Below, in pieces: positions 13,001 through 25,000 of a stretch of 64,000 bases of DNA. The notes beneath the pieces are model-generated. The model did not search any database. It worked only from the letters and a program-made list of their open reading frames with translations, and was not told the origin of the DNA. This stretch comes from Phoronis australis. Its lineage: Eukaryota; Animalia; Phoronida. Where the stretch lies: NCBI GenBank assembly GCA_002633005.1, contig NMRA01000017.1, positions 1,568,944 to 1,632,943 of the forward strand. The letters are read 5' to 3'. Position 1 is the first letter of the stretch. Each line of letters opens with the position of its first letter. The position numbers and the translations under genes are program-made.

Positions 13001-16000
13001 ATATTGGAAATCACGCGAAATCCCCCTCACAAGGCCTAAAAATTCCCCTAAAGTGATGGAAATTTTCCCTTGAAGATCAAATCACCTGTAGCCACAGCTG
13101 ACAATTTGAAAGAGCGCATACTTCTACTTGAGACAGCCTATGAGAGCTTGCAACAGGGAGGGGGTGATACTGATGGTGATTGGGAGGTAGAATTTCCCCA
13201 CTTGGCGAAAAAAAATCCCCTCAGAAGGCACAGGCACCTTTCCTTGCCAGATGAACAAGGCCCTGAAGAAACATGATAACAATGCTTGCTCTCTCCAGTT
13301 ATTAAAATCTGTCAACCAGATCTCTAGATAACATCCACAAATGTTGGAGGTGCTACAGTGGTCAAATCTGTCCAAAACTTAATGCTTTTGGCTCATTGTT
13401 ATCAAGCGTCAAGTTTCATCAAAATCCGTTTTTAAGTCAGATGCTTGACATTAGTTACTCAAAGGCATCCACTACACAGTTACTGGCAAGACTCAGGTAA
13501 CGACAGCGACCAGACTTACCAGCGAGACACGTCCCCCATTTGGAATTCCTAAATACCACCTCGTCAAACAGCTGCATTTCCTTGGCACATGTCGGATAGA
13601 ACTTTGAGCACAACTGAGCTTTCAAATTAACAGTGGTGGTCAGTGAATTAGATACAATGCTCAGTTGAGCTGAGGCTATCATCTCACCAAAACCACCAAC
13701 TGGGAAGTCGAACGTAAATACCCCAGCTGAAATACATGGAGTAGTATTCACGATTGGCAATATTCCACTCTGCAGATACAGAAAACTCCAGTAAATACAA
13801 GAAGGGTGGGCATTGACAGACAAGATTACGTGTTACTAAAACAGTTATTAAGGATGATGGGCAACAAAAAAATCCATGAGGTAATCAATGTTATCAATTC
13901 ATTGGTGAATATGTTCTACGCAGCATATCAAGGATTAAAGCATTATGCATAATGTGCAACTAAATTCTAATAGCTCTAATGGTTGGACCCTACAAAGTAA
14001 TGTAACATATTTTATGAAAGGTGAATAAATTTCCTAACAAAATTTATTATCCTCATTTACTTAATACTTTATTTTTGATGACATAATGCCTTTTTTAAGT
14101 AATTTTGTTTACTTTAACCCTATCAACACCGCAGAACGCTTAAGCCGTCTCTGAAACTTACCTCCATTCAACACTGTGGACCACTTTATCGGTCTCACGA
14201 TAAGCCGAACTTCCAAGCAACAGCATATTTGATTGGTTGACTAGGGGAATTCTTTTTGTGTGCGTCACAAATTTAAATATAGACTTACCTTCATTTCTAA
14301 CAGCTTTTCTGATTCGTTGCTGAGATGTAATGTGAGTTATTGAAGGGGTTTTCCAAGAACTTAGATCGATGACTCGCGAAAACAAAATGCCGGCCGACGG
14401 CGATTCAGACGTAGACTTTTCAAATGACGAAATTGGCAATAATTTGTATGCTTTTTACTTAATATACAAAATAACCCAAAAAGGAATTCTTAAATATCTG
14501 GCCAGATTTTGTTGACTATTACGACAAAGAAGTTGAATTACATTACTTTGAACTGGAGGAAAACTTTACATGTCGCGAATTTCGCAATTGGGTCAAACAA
14601 ACGCCGTTGAACACCGACAACTTCGCAAATTTTCTGAACATGTGGAGTCTTCTAGAGTGTACGATGGTTCTGATAAGCAAGTTGAGTACTTTAAAAATTT
14701 CTATATTGATGAAATATTCGGTGAAATTGTCAGGGTAATTAATTTGAACACCCAAATGAAGCGCGAATCCTTGAACTTAACGATCGCCTAATTTAAGTCA
14801 CTTTATGGCCTTCAAATGTAAATAGAAGATGTGAAATATGATCGAAAATGTATCTTAAGAAATTTTACTGAAGAATATTGACGACACTGTTACTCATAAA
14901 TCATTGTTATTCTTTAAATGATACATTGAATTGGCAAATTTGCAAACAAACACCAGCATTTCAGGTGTTACTTACCTGCATCACGTGAGAGAGATTTTTT
15001 AATTTTGGTGAAATTGTAGATAAAGTTCATTCTGTTCTCTACATTTTGGTGCATCACACTTTGAAATTCAATGATAAATGAATTGTCTATGGAATTTTGA
15101 AAACAAGCACCTCAGTTCAGCCCATGTGTGCTAAGTTATTTGGGGTTCAGGGACACAATGGCCGACAGTTACTTGGAGTTGAAAAAGTTAAACAGATTTT
15201 AAAAATATTGTTCCTGCAATCATAGGTCTTTTGTCAACATGTTGATAACAGCATTCTGGAGAAAACTGAGCCTTAGATTTTTGAAACAGGTCCTAGTTTT
15301 TTGCTCAAAATGCTCTAAAAAGTCGATAAGTAAAAGACCTATTTAAAAAATCTGAAACATGGTTCCCTCAAAAATTCTGTTATCTGAGCATGTTGACAAA
15401 TGACCAATATGATTAAAGGAACAATATTTTTAAAATCTCTGTTCAAAGTCAAAAAAATCCTAAAAAACGTATCTTGTGAAAAAGTAAAGACAAGTGAATA
15501 AGAAATATAAATTTTCGTTAGGAAATTTATTCACCTTTCAGAAAATATTTTGTAGGGGTTAAAGTTACCAGAATTTAACATATTTGCACATAATTTAGTT
15601 CAACCTAGTAAACAAGGTTCACATTAAGTTACCATGAAATGAGGAGGCAGTGTGGCCTAGTTGATAAGTGCCCGCTTTCTTTGCTCGAGATCGTGGGTTC
15701 GTGTCCCACTAGGTCACACTGCTAAACCCTTGAGTCAGGATTCCAGCTCCTCAGCTTGGTTTTAACCATATATAAAAAAGCATAAAAATGGTTGCAGGTG
15801 ATCAGTGCAATGGGCCCCCATGCGAGGCCTGCACACGTCTGGTACAATGTGTATCTGACCGCCTGCAATTCTTTTTTTACCTTAAAATAAAAAATTTGAG
15901 CACTTCAACGACAAAAGAATAGCTAATAAAAGATAATGGAAATTTACAGTAACTCACTTTTTGCACTGAATGTTTCAGAATAACTTCCGAAGTTCACCTC

Positions 16001-19000
16001 GACTTTCTTTATACATGCATTATATCGGATGTCAAGCTTGACGACTTTCTTGAAGAAGTTCAAGGCAAATACAACACCACACGTAGCTCCTAGACAGTCT
16101 TTGTGCAGCAAGCAGAACATACCCTCCCCACGTCCAAGGTGTGGCATCATATCCACACAGACTGTGCAATAGAAAGCATCAGGGTTTAATGAAACATCAT
16201 CAACTCAGAACTGACAACACGAAAGGAAAATGCCATTTTTGTCAAAATTTACAACAAACGTTTATTTTGTTATCAACATTTGCACCGATCAACTGTCAGC
16301 AGAAAAACGATGTAATGGCCCTGTCACACCTTGACGATTTAGCCAGCGTATGCCGACATATCAGAATTTCCCTAAAACCCTGGCATACGCTGAATTATCG
16401 AACTTTTTTTCAATTTTGGGCGTATACATAGCGTATTCATAACGAGTTGGACGTATACATAACGTATCAGTAAATTATATAGAACGTTTCGATAACTTAT
16501 AGATAACTTATTCCAACGAATGCCTAGCGTGTTGCCGGCGTACACAACTTATGCCCAACGATAGTCTTATGCATAGCGTGCAGCAGCGTATTGCCGACGA
16601 TCACGTGTCGTAGTCTATAAAAAGGCTAAGGAGAACAGCTAGTAGGTATTCTCGTCTCAGCCTTGCCGGATCCTCCATCTCTCGGATGATATGAACATCT
16701 GCTCACCATGAAATCTAGAGGAGTACTGACGGGTTCCTCCTGTGAACCCCATTTTTATATCCCAATTCCCCTAAACGCTACCAATACGCCATTATACGGC
16801 AGCTGTACGTTAGAAACACGTTCAGTAAGTTCTGTGGTCGTCCGGAACATGTTAAATACGTCTACATACGTCAATATGCGTAGGAGATAAGTTCGATATA
16901 AGTTATACATACGTTCAAAGCACGTTACTCATAAGTTTTGGGTACGCTAGACATTATCTCGACGTATTTGGACTTATGAGTAACCTACACTTAACGTGTT
17001 TGAACGTGTGTCAACGATCGCATAACTTACCTATTACTTATGGCCTGCGTACACGGGACGTATAGCCATACGCTGACATATGTTGAGAAATTTTGAGCAT
17101 GCACAAAATTTTTCGACGACCTCGACGTACTTCGACGTATACCAACGTGCTTCAGCGTGCTGTTAACGTATACAAAACTTACCCATAACTTATTCGACGT
17201 ACGCCAGCGTATTTGCCAAATTTTTCATACGTCGGCATACGCTGGCTAAATCATCAAGGTGTGACAGGGCCTTAATGTTATGAAAATTTGCAAGAATGAA
17301 GTAAGCTCATTAACTTGCAAAATGATTGTTTTGTTTGAAATTAAAGAAACTATTCATTAACCATTTATTACAAGTAAGCTAAAAACAGATAAACCATAGT
17401 GCTATGAAGAGTCATTCAGTCAGTTAATTTTGAATCATAGAATACCATTTAACTTTTACTTTCTTAGCAACCATTAAAAGTTCATTTATCAGTAACAACT
17501 AAATTAGCAACACTTTGTCTATAAGAAGCGGATGAATATACTTAATTTGGCGTAAGAACAGCCTATTGTTTAGAACCATGATTCCCATATTCAACTCAAA
17601 AGGAGACTGTGAGTACAGATACCAAAGTTGCAACTACAGTGATTTGTCAATTTGAATAATGTACCTTAATGATCATGTGGAGCGTAATGGAGCATAGAAA
17701 TATCCTCCGTGTCAAATACAAGCTCGAATCCCAACAGAAGTGAAATTAGTCTCAGTGAATTAATTGAAATCATTTTTTGAAATTTGCATCAACAGATTTT
17801 GCATTTGCTCTTTTAAATATTGAATACTCAATAATTGTGTCAATGTTACCACAAATTTAAGGTTATAGTAAGAATCAAGCCAATCAACGCAGGCCACAGC
17901 TGAAATGAGAACAACAGCAACGCAAACCCTTGATACGCACACACCATGTGCAACGCTAGCAACAATGATGAAAGGGACAATTAGTTCACACATGCCCAAT
18001 AAAGGGAGCAACACTAACCAAAAGAAAATACCCACCAGACTGCTGATCATAAAACAGATTTTCTAAACATTGTTGTATCACGCCCCGTACAAAAAAGAAC
18101 TAATAACGCTTTATCAGGTTCTTTGACAGGGTTTCGTATGTAGAGAGACAAACAAAAACAACTGAATTGTCATCAGAGGCACAGCATTTGCATGAATACA
18201 TTCAAGTAAATTCAGTAAAAATAGTTCAAACGCAAGGCCATACACCACAATTAGATAGACGAAACAGTTTTGTGTCATTAGATGTGTGGGAGAAGTTTGT
18301 ATTATCTAACTAAATTTGCCCCTAGTGTCAGACTTTGAAGCTATAGACCTCTCCTGTGTCCTTAGGTTACGCATCCACGCTTTGGAATGAGTATTGCGAC
18401 TGAATGACTGGTCACTCGGGATACAGCCGTGAGGTGTGGTTATCACTTTGACAGTGACATGGCAAACAAATGTTTACACATTCCAGCTCTCTTATTGTCT
18501 GCTTTCATCTGATAAGCTCAGGTAATCCAGCAATTACTGGGTATGTTGTTAACAGTTTGCCTGATGGTAAAGTAACAGGAAGTTGCAGAAGACTTTCAAT
18601 AAATGTCGTGAAGCAGATGTTTTGCATGAAATACTTTCACCAAACAACCTCGAATGGAGAAAAACGGTTGACTTTCAGAGAAATTCCTTTGAGTGACTGT
18701 ATGCTCTGACCAACCTAGCCACAGCAGGTATTACCTAAGTACACAAAAGGCTTGCTTGACAAGTTTAACGGAGCGTGCTTCCAGATTTAATCGCGATAGA
18801 GGAAATTCCTCGACTTTAACACCCCAGGAGAACGGTACATAAGGGGTAACACCATCCCTCACTGGGAGTACATTTTTACAGCTTAAACAGCAGGGAATTC
18901 TCTAGGCATGTGCATATATGCGGACATCATAGATAAAATTAAAAGTTGCTCAACCACTCGGCAAATTCTGCAAAAATTTCTCCCACATAATTTAAACTAG

Positions 19001-22000
19001 ATACAAGAGCAACGCAGAGCATTGAAATGCTTCCACGAATGCACCGCAAACTATGTGCTTCTAAAGAGTTGTCCATTTTTATCATAAAAATGGCCATTAG
19101 ATGGTGCAACATGTCCAATCCATCTAAAAATGGAACATGCCATCGCCTCTTTAAAAGAAAGCTATTCACCAATAAAAATCTGACAAGGAACTTCAAAGAA
19201 ACAAAGGAAAGTGGAAAAAATGAAATTGCCACTACGGGGCACTGCGTTCGATGGATCCGCCTGAAAGTCGTCTGTTGTTAGCTTCATATCAATACACTTA
19301 CTAAATTAAATAAAGATCCTGCAGAAGGTTTAGGAAAAACAGCTACGGCTGGAAAACAAAATCACCACTAGGAGGTGTCACAGTTACCAAGTTGTCAGCG
19401 TAAACGTCCTCTTCACACTGAGTACACACCAATTTTCAAAATCATCCCTAGAATGGTTTGGTTAATAGAGGGAGGACACCAAAAAACAGACTCAAAAACA
19501 GTGAAAATGACAACCTCAATTCCATCCAAAAACAGGAGGATAGCGTCATCTCACCAATAGATGCCTATATTCAAAATTTTATGAAAATCTGTTGAAGATC
19601 TTTGAAGATACAGGAGGTAAACGTAAAAAACTAAAATTGCCACTAGAAGGCACACCAGTAGTCAGGTCCGTCTGAAAGCCGTCGATGTCTGTTGTCAACA
19701 TAATATAAATACACTTGCTAAATTAAGTAAAGATCCTGCAAACGGTTTAGGAATTACAGCCACGAGTGCAAAAAAATCCTCAGCTGTCCACTTCAAAGTA
19801 AAAACATACATGCCAATTTTCACGTGACAATTATCCTGAAAGCGGTTTGGTTGATAGACGAGTAGACGTCAAAAACAGACTCGAAAAACAGTAAAAATGG
19901 CCAGTAGGTGGCGCAAACTAGGAAAAATCCATCTGAAAACGGAGAGATAGCGTCACCTCACTAACAGATGCAAGTATGCCAAATTTTATGAAAATACGTT
20001 GAGGACCTTTGAAGATAAAGAGGTAAATGTAAAAAATAAAATTGCCACTTAGTGGCACACCAGTAGTCAGATCTGTCTGAAAGTCTTTGTTTGTTGTTAC
20101 CATCATATGAATACACTTACTAAATTTAGTAAAGATCCTGTGAACGGTTTAGGAGATACGGGCATAGGCGCAAAAAAACAAAACTGTCACTAGGAGTCAC
20201 AAAGTAGTCGAAGTCATCGAAAAATCATCATCATCTGTCCACTTCATAGTAAGAACGTACATGCTAATTTTCACACTCATTCTGTGAGTGGTTTGTTGAT
20301 AGAAGGGTGGACGCAAAAAACAGCAAAAATGGTGGAGCAAATGTCAAATCCATCCAAAAACAGGACAATAGCGTCATCTCACTAATAGATGCCTACATAC
20401 TGAATTTTATGAAAATCCGTTGAGGACTTATTAAGACACAGATCGCGGTAAATGTAAAAAACTAAAATTTTCACTAGGGGACACACCGGTAGACGGATCC
20501 GTCCAAAAGTTCACTCATGCCGTCGTATCCACAGAAGGAACACATGTGCAAAATTTCATGAACATTACGTCAAGGGGTTTTGGACCGATGGAGATGACGG
20601 CATAATGCCTGCCCAATATATAAATATGTGGATGCATAAAAATCCTGCAAACGGTTTAGGAGATACAGCCATGGGCGCAAAAAATACCACTAGGAGGCGC
20701 CACAGTAGTTGAAGTCGTCAGAAAATCATCATCAGCCATCTTCTTCATATTAAAAACATTCATGCCAATTTTCACAATCATCCTTAAAGCGGTTTGGTTG
20801 ACAGAGGAGTGGATACCAAAAACAGACTCAAAAAGAGTAAAAATGGCCACTAGATGGTGGAAAATACCTCAAATCCATCCGAAAATTGGAGAACAGCATC
20901 ATCTCACCCATAGGTGACTATATTCTAAATTTTATGAAAATATGTTGAGGACCTTTGAAGGTACTAACTTAGGTAAACGTAAAAAACTAAAATTGCCACT
21001 AGGGAGCGCACCTGTAGTTCAGTCGTGCGAAAGTCGTCAATGTCCGTTGTCAACATCATATAGATACACTTGCTAAGTTTAGTAAAGATCATGCAAATGG
21101 TTTAGGAGATACAGCCATGGACGCAAAAAAAACTGCCACTAGGAAGTGCCACAGCAGTCGGAGTTGTAGGAAAATCATCGTCAGCCATCCTCTTTATAGT
21201 AAGAACATACATGCCAATTTTCAAAATCACCCTTACAGCAGTTTGGTTGATAGAGGGATGGACACCAAAAACAGACTCGCAAACAGTAACATGGCCACTA
21301 GGTAGCGCAAACAATGTTGAATCCATCGGAAAACAAGAGGATATTAATTTATCTCACTAATAGATGCCTATATTTCAAAGTTTGGTAAAAAACCTTGAGG
21401 ACTTTCTAAGATACGGAGGTAAGCGTAAAAAACTAAAATTGCCACTAGGGGGCACACCTGTAGTCCGAAAGCTCCGAAATTCGTCGTCATCGGTTGTCAG
21501 CTTCATAGAAACACAACTGCCAATCAAGATCCTGTGAGGGGTTTAGGTAAATACAGCTGAGGACGCTGAACGCCCGGACAGACAGAAATGACGGCAATAT
21601 ACGACCACATATAAATATGTGTGCGCATAAAAAGAATCTAATAATTCAAATTTCAGAAAAACCTAAGTTAAATTTGTGAGATAGCAACTATTCTTTGATG
21701 TTGCTCATTTTATTTCCTACAAAATTAGGATTTGCCTAATTTTTGGGTCAAATTTCTCATTTGTTTACATGGGTCCAAGCAGAGCAAGTTCTACCACAGC
21801 CACCTAGTGGAAGAAGCAGTTTTGAGCTACAATGAGGAAATAGCAATTCTTAACTCAACCATTGTTGTCACTTACACACTAATTGTCGTTTTCAGAGATG
21901 AACGTTAATATTCCAAATAATCCCATTTTGCTGGTTGTCTTAAAAATGTCTCTTACTGGGTGAAAACTCAACACTTAAACATGAGGACAGTCCGGTTTTC

Positions 22001-25000
22001 ACTTACCATCCTTTGGAAAAGATAAGAACTGTAAAACCATCTGCTCAAATGATCCTTTTGGCTCCAAGTTCTTTTGCTTCAACATACTTCGTAGTTTACT
22101 GGGGCTGTAGGTCACTGGGTGCTTTATGGGCCTGTCTCGCAAGTGGACAGAAAACTTTTCAACAATGTCAGCAAGTTTTTCTTTTGTCTCCTCCTGCCCA
22201 GCTTTTTCGAAAATGAGATGCAGTTGGCGAATAGAGAACTTGTTGACATCTAACAAGTCCAAAATGTTGGGGGCTTTCCTGAAATTTTATCAGTTGTATG
22301 TTAGAAACAAGGTCTTGGCTTCAACATTTTAACGGCCCAGCGTACATCTGGTTTCGTATCATTATATTGCTGTGATGGACTGTTGGGAGTTGGCAGGCAA
22401 GCAAATTTGGATGGTCAGAAACCACAATATCTTCTGCTCGATTACTCTTTATTGCACTGGAATCTGTTAAGATAAGAGTTGCCTGAAGAATTAAAAGATG
22501 CCTGATTTCATTTTTGCCCTTTTTAGAGACACCTCTTAACTTGATCATAAAAAATTGAATATAGAGCATTTTTCACACAAAAAAGTTTTGTGGCAGGCAG
22601 CTGTAATTCTGATCAGCTAATTTAATTTTCTATCCAATATAGTCCCACTAACTGATCAGATATTATTACCGTTACCCACACCTGGAGACCAGACAAAGGC
22701 CTAGTCAGATCAGTGACAATCCGGACTAAAGTGTATACTAGCTCTGAAGCCCTTTCACTTCACAATCAAAATGCTATGTCATTTCTGGTAATAAAATGAT
22801 GTTTAGAAAACATAAACCTTGCTACATTAGTTAAATGTGAAGTCCCATTTGAACTACAAAAGTTGACATGGAATGAGATGATTGGGTGCACGTGCGCTTG
22901 TGTATACATGCGTGCAGGTGTGTATGTGACACGGAGCAAACATTTGTCACACTTTAGTGAGGTAGACCAAGTTGCACCCGACCATCTTGCCCTGTGTCAA
23001 CTATACGTCTAAACACAAAACTGGGGCAAGGCAGAAGGGATCTATCTCCACTACACTTGCGCAACAACGAGGTGACCAATTTCTACAATTTGCCAGACAG
23101 CTGATCAGTGCGTTGTCTTTTAACTTTAATCCTGAGCACCAGTTATTTTGCCAGGAAATTGTCAGAATATTACACAAAGTTAACAATCAAGGCTAAGTTA
23201 AATTAATATGCTTGCTAATTTACAATAGACCTATTGATGAAAGCGTTAATAAGCTGATCAAAAAATTCATTGAAGCACAACTCAATGGCACAAATTACAT
23301 ACATTCAAGGGGAATTAGAATCACTGCATAATAACAGCAATATTACTAGAAAGATTATTGTCATGGTGTGACAGTAATGGACTCTGCGCATGCATATTAC
23401 TGGAATTCTTATGGGAAGTTATTGACAACAACCCATTTACCAATATGAAAAAGAATCCTATAAAACTATAGGAGAAAATACATGTTAAGCTAATGACCTT
23501 TGCACTGATTGACACTTGCCAGTGCATTACCAGCCCTGATTAGGGAAGGAATGTAAATTCGATGAAAAGTGTGGTTAGTGCTAAAAATCAGTGATGTCTT
23601 ACTTTCAACAATTAGGATACAAGATGAACTGGTAAAAATTTCAGAAAAAAATGCACCTAATGACCCCATTTTCGCACCAAATGACTTTATAATTCAAACT
23701 CAATCGCATTTACTAAACAGATTACGTAAATTTGAAGTGTCTAGCTGAAAATGTTAGTTTACACTCAATGAACTTTAACCCATTTTTTCTGATTGGATGG
23801 CCCTATTGCTTAGTAAAGTAGGGTATTTGATTGGCAATTAGGTTTAGAAAAATGTGCTGGAATTGAAGAGAATTCCTTGAAAATGTAGGAGAAATAACCT
23901 TTTCAAAAGTAGATGACCTTTGCACTAACTGACCCTATCCATTGCATTACAAGCCCTTTTTGTAGAACTATTGCAAAGTCTGTGAAAAGTATATTTAATG
24001 CTGAGAATTACAGTTGTTTAAATGTTGACATATCTATTACATCAAACATAATTGCACAATGGCAAGAACATTAAAGGAGAATGCCACCCGATTTAATTAG
24101 TCTTTATTACCATCTTAATCAGTCTATATCCACATCGCCTCTTATACGGTTGGCCTCACCTTGCCGAGAGGTGTCGCATTAACCTGTGAGGAAGGTGAGA
24201 AAAGACACAGCGACGTCAGTGGTTTGTCTGCAGAGTGAATGCCGCTATATTGCCGTGCATCGTTCCCATTTGTCTGAACTATGAAGCTGCGAAGAAAGTG
24301 GGTATATCGTTTTTTCGACTTCATCGAGCGCCCGAAATGCTTAGCTAGTGTCTCGCAGTAGTGAAGAATGAAAATTACGCTGTTAATAGCAAGTATGAGG
24401 CCGTGAAACATCTCCGTGTCTGTGGCCCGGCATTTCGTCGACAGTGATTTCTCTGACAAATTCCGGCTTACCAAAGAACTACCCATACGTTCCGTTGCCT
24501 GTGCATGCTCACGGTGCCTGTCTAGTATTTCTCGATCAGTGTATTCCGGTTCGAACTGATAGCCTGTGAAACCTAACGATCCGACCTTTGAAGTCTTCGA
24601 CAGATGAGCTCTTGACTAAGTTGGAATTACTCTAACTAAATTGATACAAAATAGGTCGTTTTTGGGTGGCATTCTCCTTTAAATAAGTTTTTACTTGCAT
24701 CACTTTTAAAACACATTTGGGCAATAACCACAATTCACAATACAAGAAAACACTGAATATACAAGACTAGTTCACTCACGTGTTTGAAGTGAATAGACTC
24801 TTTATATCCTTAAACATGTTCAACTTCGCCTGGAAGCTCTCTGCCAGCGTATGCGTCGCCCCTGCGTTCAGACCCGGGGGTCTGTAAGTCAGCGAAGGGT
24901 CAGGCTCCTCTAGTTCAAATTCAGGATTTTCCTGGGCCTCCTGGTACTTTCTCTCAACGTCTTCTATAATTTTCCTTGCCTCCTCACCCAACTTGTCCTT

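Larger units (their letters stand above)
11619..13974. repeat. Tandem duplication (11619-12873 and 12875-13974) joined by one N
   Basis: Near-identical copies offset by 1256 bp, differing by scattered SNPs and a ~155 bp indel. Confidence 0.95.

Noticed and set aside
13727-13772. Upstream alternative acceptor for exon 15 (ctgcag|AGTGGA)
   Set aside because: Joined to the phase 1 end of exon 14, it runs into a stop codon.
15643-15716. tRNA gene
   Set aside because: A and B boxes are present but I cannot fold a convincing cloverleaf, and the sequence continues into a LINE-derived tail, so it is a SINE head.
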